The notes under the pieces are model-generated. The model saw nothing but the letters and a program-made list of their open reading frames with translations. It did no database searches and had not been told where the DNA came from. Made by a program: the position numbers and the translations under genes. From Ramazzottius varieornatus (taxonomy: Eukaryota > Animalia > Tardigrada), in assembly GCA_001949185.1 (NCBI GenBank), contig BDGG01000002.1, positions 4,330,448-4,394,447 on the forward strand: a DNA stretch of 64,000 nucleotides, written 5' to 3'. Each line of letters opens with the position of its first letter. The stretch's first letter is position 1. Below, one piece after another: positions 60,929 to 64,000 of the stretch.

Positions 60929-63366
60929 CTGCAAACAACACCAGAAATACAGACTACAAAATATTTTTGATTTCGTTTTGCGCAAAATTTCAGTCAGTTC
61001 ACGGAGACTAAGAAACAAAGTCGCGGATCAAGCAGCTCGCCCACCAGTACAGACTCATTTCCGAACTTGGGTCCAGTCAAACGGACTCTCGGAAGGTTTA
61101 GCGAGGTTAAGGTGGGGTAATCTCCCTCAGTGTTGTCGAATCACAACAATGAGAATGATATCATTCTTAAGCTGTCTAGAAGGATGAACTGAATCGAAGG
61201 TAAGCTTCTCAAATTGAGTACTTCTGGGAAATGATTAAAAGAGGAAGAATGCTCTCTGCTGCAGGCTCTCGCAGGACGTGGTCTATGTCAGCCTTGAGCT
61301 GGCCTCAGTTTCTGGAAGAGGAAAGAGTGGTGGAGATCGATAAAGGGTAAGCAAATCTGCATAGCGACTCGGAGGGAGCAATCAGCGCCCTCGAAAATAG
61401 GCTCCCGACAACTGTCAGCCTTGGAGGCTTGCAACGTGTTGAAAACTCGTTATCAAATGATGGGTTAGTTAGTACAACAAGAATATCTCCTGGAGGAGAT
61501 CACCCGGATGTCCCATCCAGGGTCGCCGTATGGCTCCTCTCCACTGTCACTTTTCATTCAAACTTCTGTAACATCATACAGAAAGTTTGCCCCGTACGCA
61601 CGAAGGGAAAGTTTTGGAACAGGCGGAAAAGACGCCAAATTGAGATTTTAACCGTAGAAAATTGTCAAAAAGTGCGTTTTTGTGAATTGCACATCTGACA
61701 TGTACATACTAACTTCCGTTCCGCTGTTTCAGAATCGCCTGTTCCAAACTTTTTACTCTTCCAAACTTTCCCTTTGCGTGTGTACTCGTATTCTTTTATT
61801 CTTTCTCTTTCTGGCCATCCCTCACTATGAAAGGTCTGTATGTAGTCAATGTGAAATGTTGTGGTGACTGGTGTGCGCGGAGACCAAGGTCGCAGAAGTG
61901 TCGCTGAATACAATCTGCGAGCTTGTCCCTCAGTTCCTGGTCCAATCTCAAGTTGACAACCCGGAAGGCAGCAGTAAACCTAATGTGCCTCGTAACGACA
62001 ACACTCTGCCGCTTCATTACTCTAAGTAAACTCGTACGCGTGCTCTCCAGAAAGATGCATACAGTCCTACATGCTCGCTCGTGCACAAGAACATCCTCAT
62101 TTGCAGGATATGAACATGGAGTTCCGGCTTATTGTTTATGCGTGCAACTGGATGAGTATTCCAGTTATAGAGGATGAAATTTCCTTCTTTCGGGTCGTCA
62201 ACCTACGGGTCCTGTTTCCGTACGAGAACTACAAGCAGTTCTCACGCTCATCAACAATATGGAATCTCACCTCTCTTGCAAAGCTTCGGTCCGCACTGCT
62301 TCGGTCATTTCTCAATCCATCGTTTTGGTCCATTTATCACGGTCTAAAACAAAACAACATTGTAGCATGGCCAGCCTACGCAGCAGAAGACAAACCTTCG
62401 TATCAATGTCAAACTGATCCTCAATTAACAAAGTCTTTCAGTCTGATAAAGAACTAGAAAAATTATCGATACACCATTCTCATTGCACTATCAGTCCACC
62501 ATAGTAAGGCAAGTGCTTACCTAATGACGACTGTTACTACATTCGAACATCGAAACCAACAATAGTAATGTATGAAAGCCAACGAATCACTGGATCAAAC
62601 AGAGCGTTTATCTACATCATACGGTCTATACTAAGCATGTCCGTACATGACCAGAACTTGGACTCACCTTGATATCGCAAAACGGAGATATTCCCAAATC
62701 TCAACGCAGGACACCGTCAGCTGGGAGCAAAAGATGATAAAGTGATGATCAGTATACATAAAGACAAAGATCCTGCGCACTTCCTGTCATAGGCAGAACT
62801 AATCCAGAATCGTGAGTGACCCACCAGAAGACCGAAGTTCCACTAGATTCCACTAGACAGGCTGATGTAGCTTCGTCTTGCTGTAATGTGGGAAAGAAAG
62901 GTTAGGAGCAGGATCTTCACGGAGTCTTGTTCTTCGACTTCCTAAACGACCTGAGTGTGTAATCAGCAACTTTGCTGTTCGACGATCGATTAAAGTGCGT
63001 GTACGAGCGCCCACGTGCCACTGGCTGGATCACACGGCCTTCGGCTGGTTGTGGGTCGGTTCGAATCCCTTCGACCCTCACCCGATCGAGCCGCTCGCTT
63101 TCGGTTACTCAATCATGGAAACGGTAGAATCAACTAACATTGGTGCTCGCAATCCGACATCTGCTTTTATCGCAAATCCGTTTTCGAATTCATCCCTTAA
63201 TCAACTTGCAAATTTTTTGTCTTAGTTTTTGTTGATTTGTTTTGAAACTTTCGTTCGCATTTTAAGTTTGTCACGGTGCGGGAGAAAGAGCAGGTGGACA
63301 CGGGAGTATCGAGTTGACTAGGGAGTACTACGAATGAGAGACACTGTCGTCGAGGGATGAATATCG

Positions 63367-64000
63367 ATGGAAGGAGGATATGGCTGGATTGTTGTGCTCG
63401 CCACCTTCGTCATTAACGCGATTGTTCAGGGACTGATTGCTTCGTCGGGGATACTGCTTAACGTCCTGCTGGACCAGTTCAAACATGACGGCAAAGCGAA
63501 GATTGGCTGGATACCGTCTCTCCTCGGCGGACTTCTGCTGGCAACTGGTAAGACGTTCGTTGCATAGTCCACTTATACGCATCTCTCCACCGGAAGTTGA
63601 CAGTGAATTCGTTAGAGTTGACTTCGCCTTTGTGTTTGCAGGACCGTTGTCCAGCTACCTCGTTGAGAGATACAGCTGCAGATTCGTAACGATGATTGGC
63701 GCTTTGGTCGCGGTGAGTAATTGCTGAGCAGGGGTTACGTGCATCCTTAGCCTGTAGTAATTACTCCCTTCCTCGTCTAGACATGTGGCTGTTTTATCAG
63801 TTACTTTGCGAAGAGTGTGACGCAGTTGATCCTGACTTACGGAATTATTACCGGTAAGTGTATCTGATAATGTGGGTGACGCGAAGCACGCTCCACGTCG
63901 TCCCCACAGCGACTTTCGGTGTCCTATCATGCCGGGAGCGACAGGTGGTTGCACTATTTCGTATAGTACCGTACGTTCTGTTGCAGGTTTCGGGTTTGGC
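63367..64000 (+). CDS. Monocarboxylate transporter (SLC16/MFS) N-terminus, truncated by the window end
   Basis: MEGGYGWIVVLATFVINAIV...IGWIPSL...|GPLSSYLVERYSCRFVTMIGALV, matching the SLC16 TM1 GGxGW motif and TM2-3. Confidence 0.85.

Overview
Eukaryotic, intron-rich, compact invertebrate genomic DNA (short GT-AG introns; a tardigrade-like or other ecdysozoan source is my inference, not shown by the sequence). Conserved genes: an activin/TGF-beta type II receptor (+, 890-4765), a clarin-like tetraspan (-), PSMD8/Rpn12 (-), exportin-7 (+), beta-TrCP/slimb (-) and the start of an SLC16/MCT transporter (+). Two tandem, unrecognised giant secreted proteins (10158-16003 and 18639-31617) dominate the left half. 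They are built from about 16 and about 40 copies (my manual count) of a six-cysteine module separated by Thr/Ser/Pro mucin-like linkers. A gene-poor transposon zone (about 33.5-51 kb) holds several hAT-type MITEs with 8-bp TSDs and a hAT transposon nested inside the CxxH motif of another hAT transposase. The most striking unexplained signal is a family of about 14 mostly intronic ~115-bp palindromes with the core AAGTGGCGCAC-N25-GTGCGCCACTT. Spacer length is nearly invariant while spacer sequence is diverged, some copies show arm-to-arm covariation, and seven copies sit in introns of the 40-module gene.
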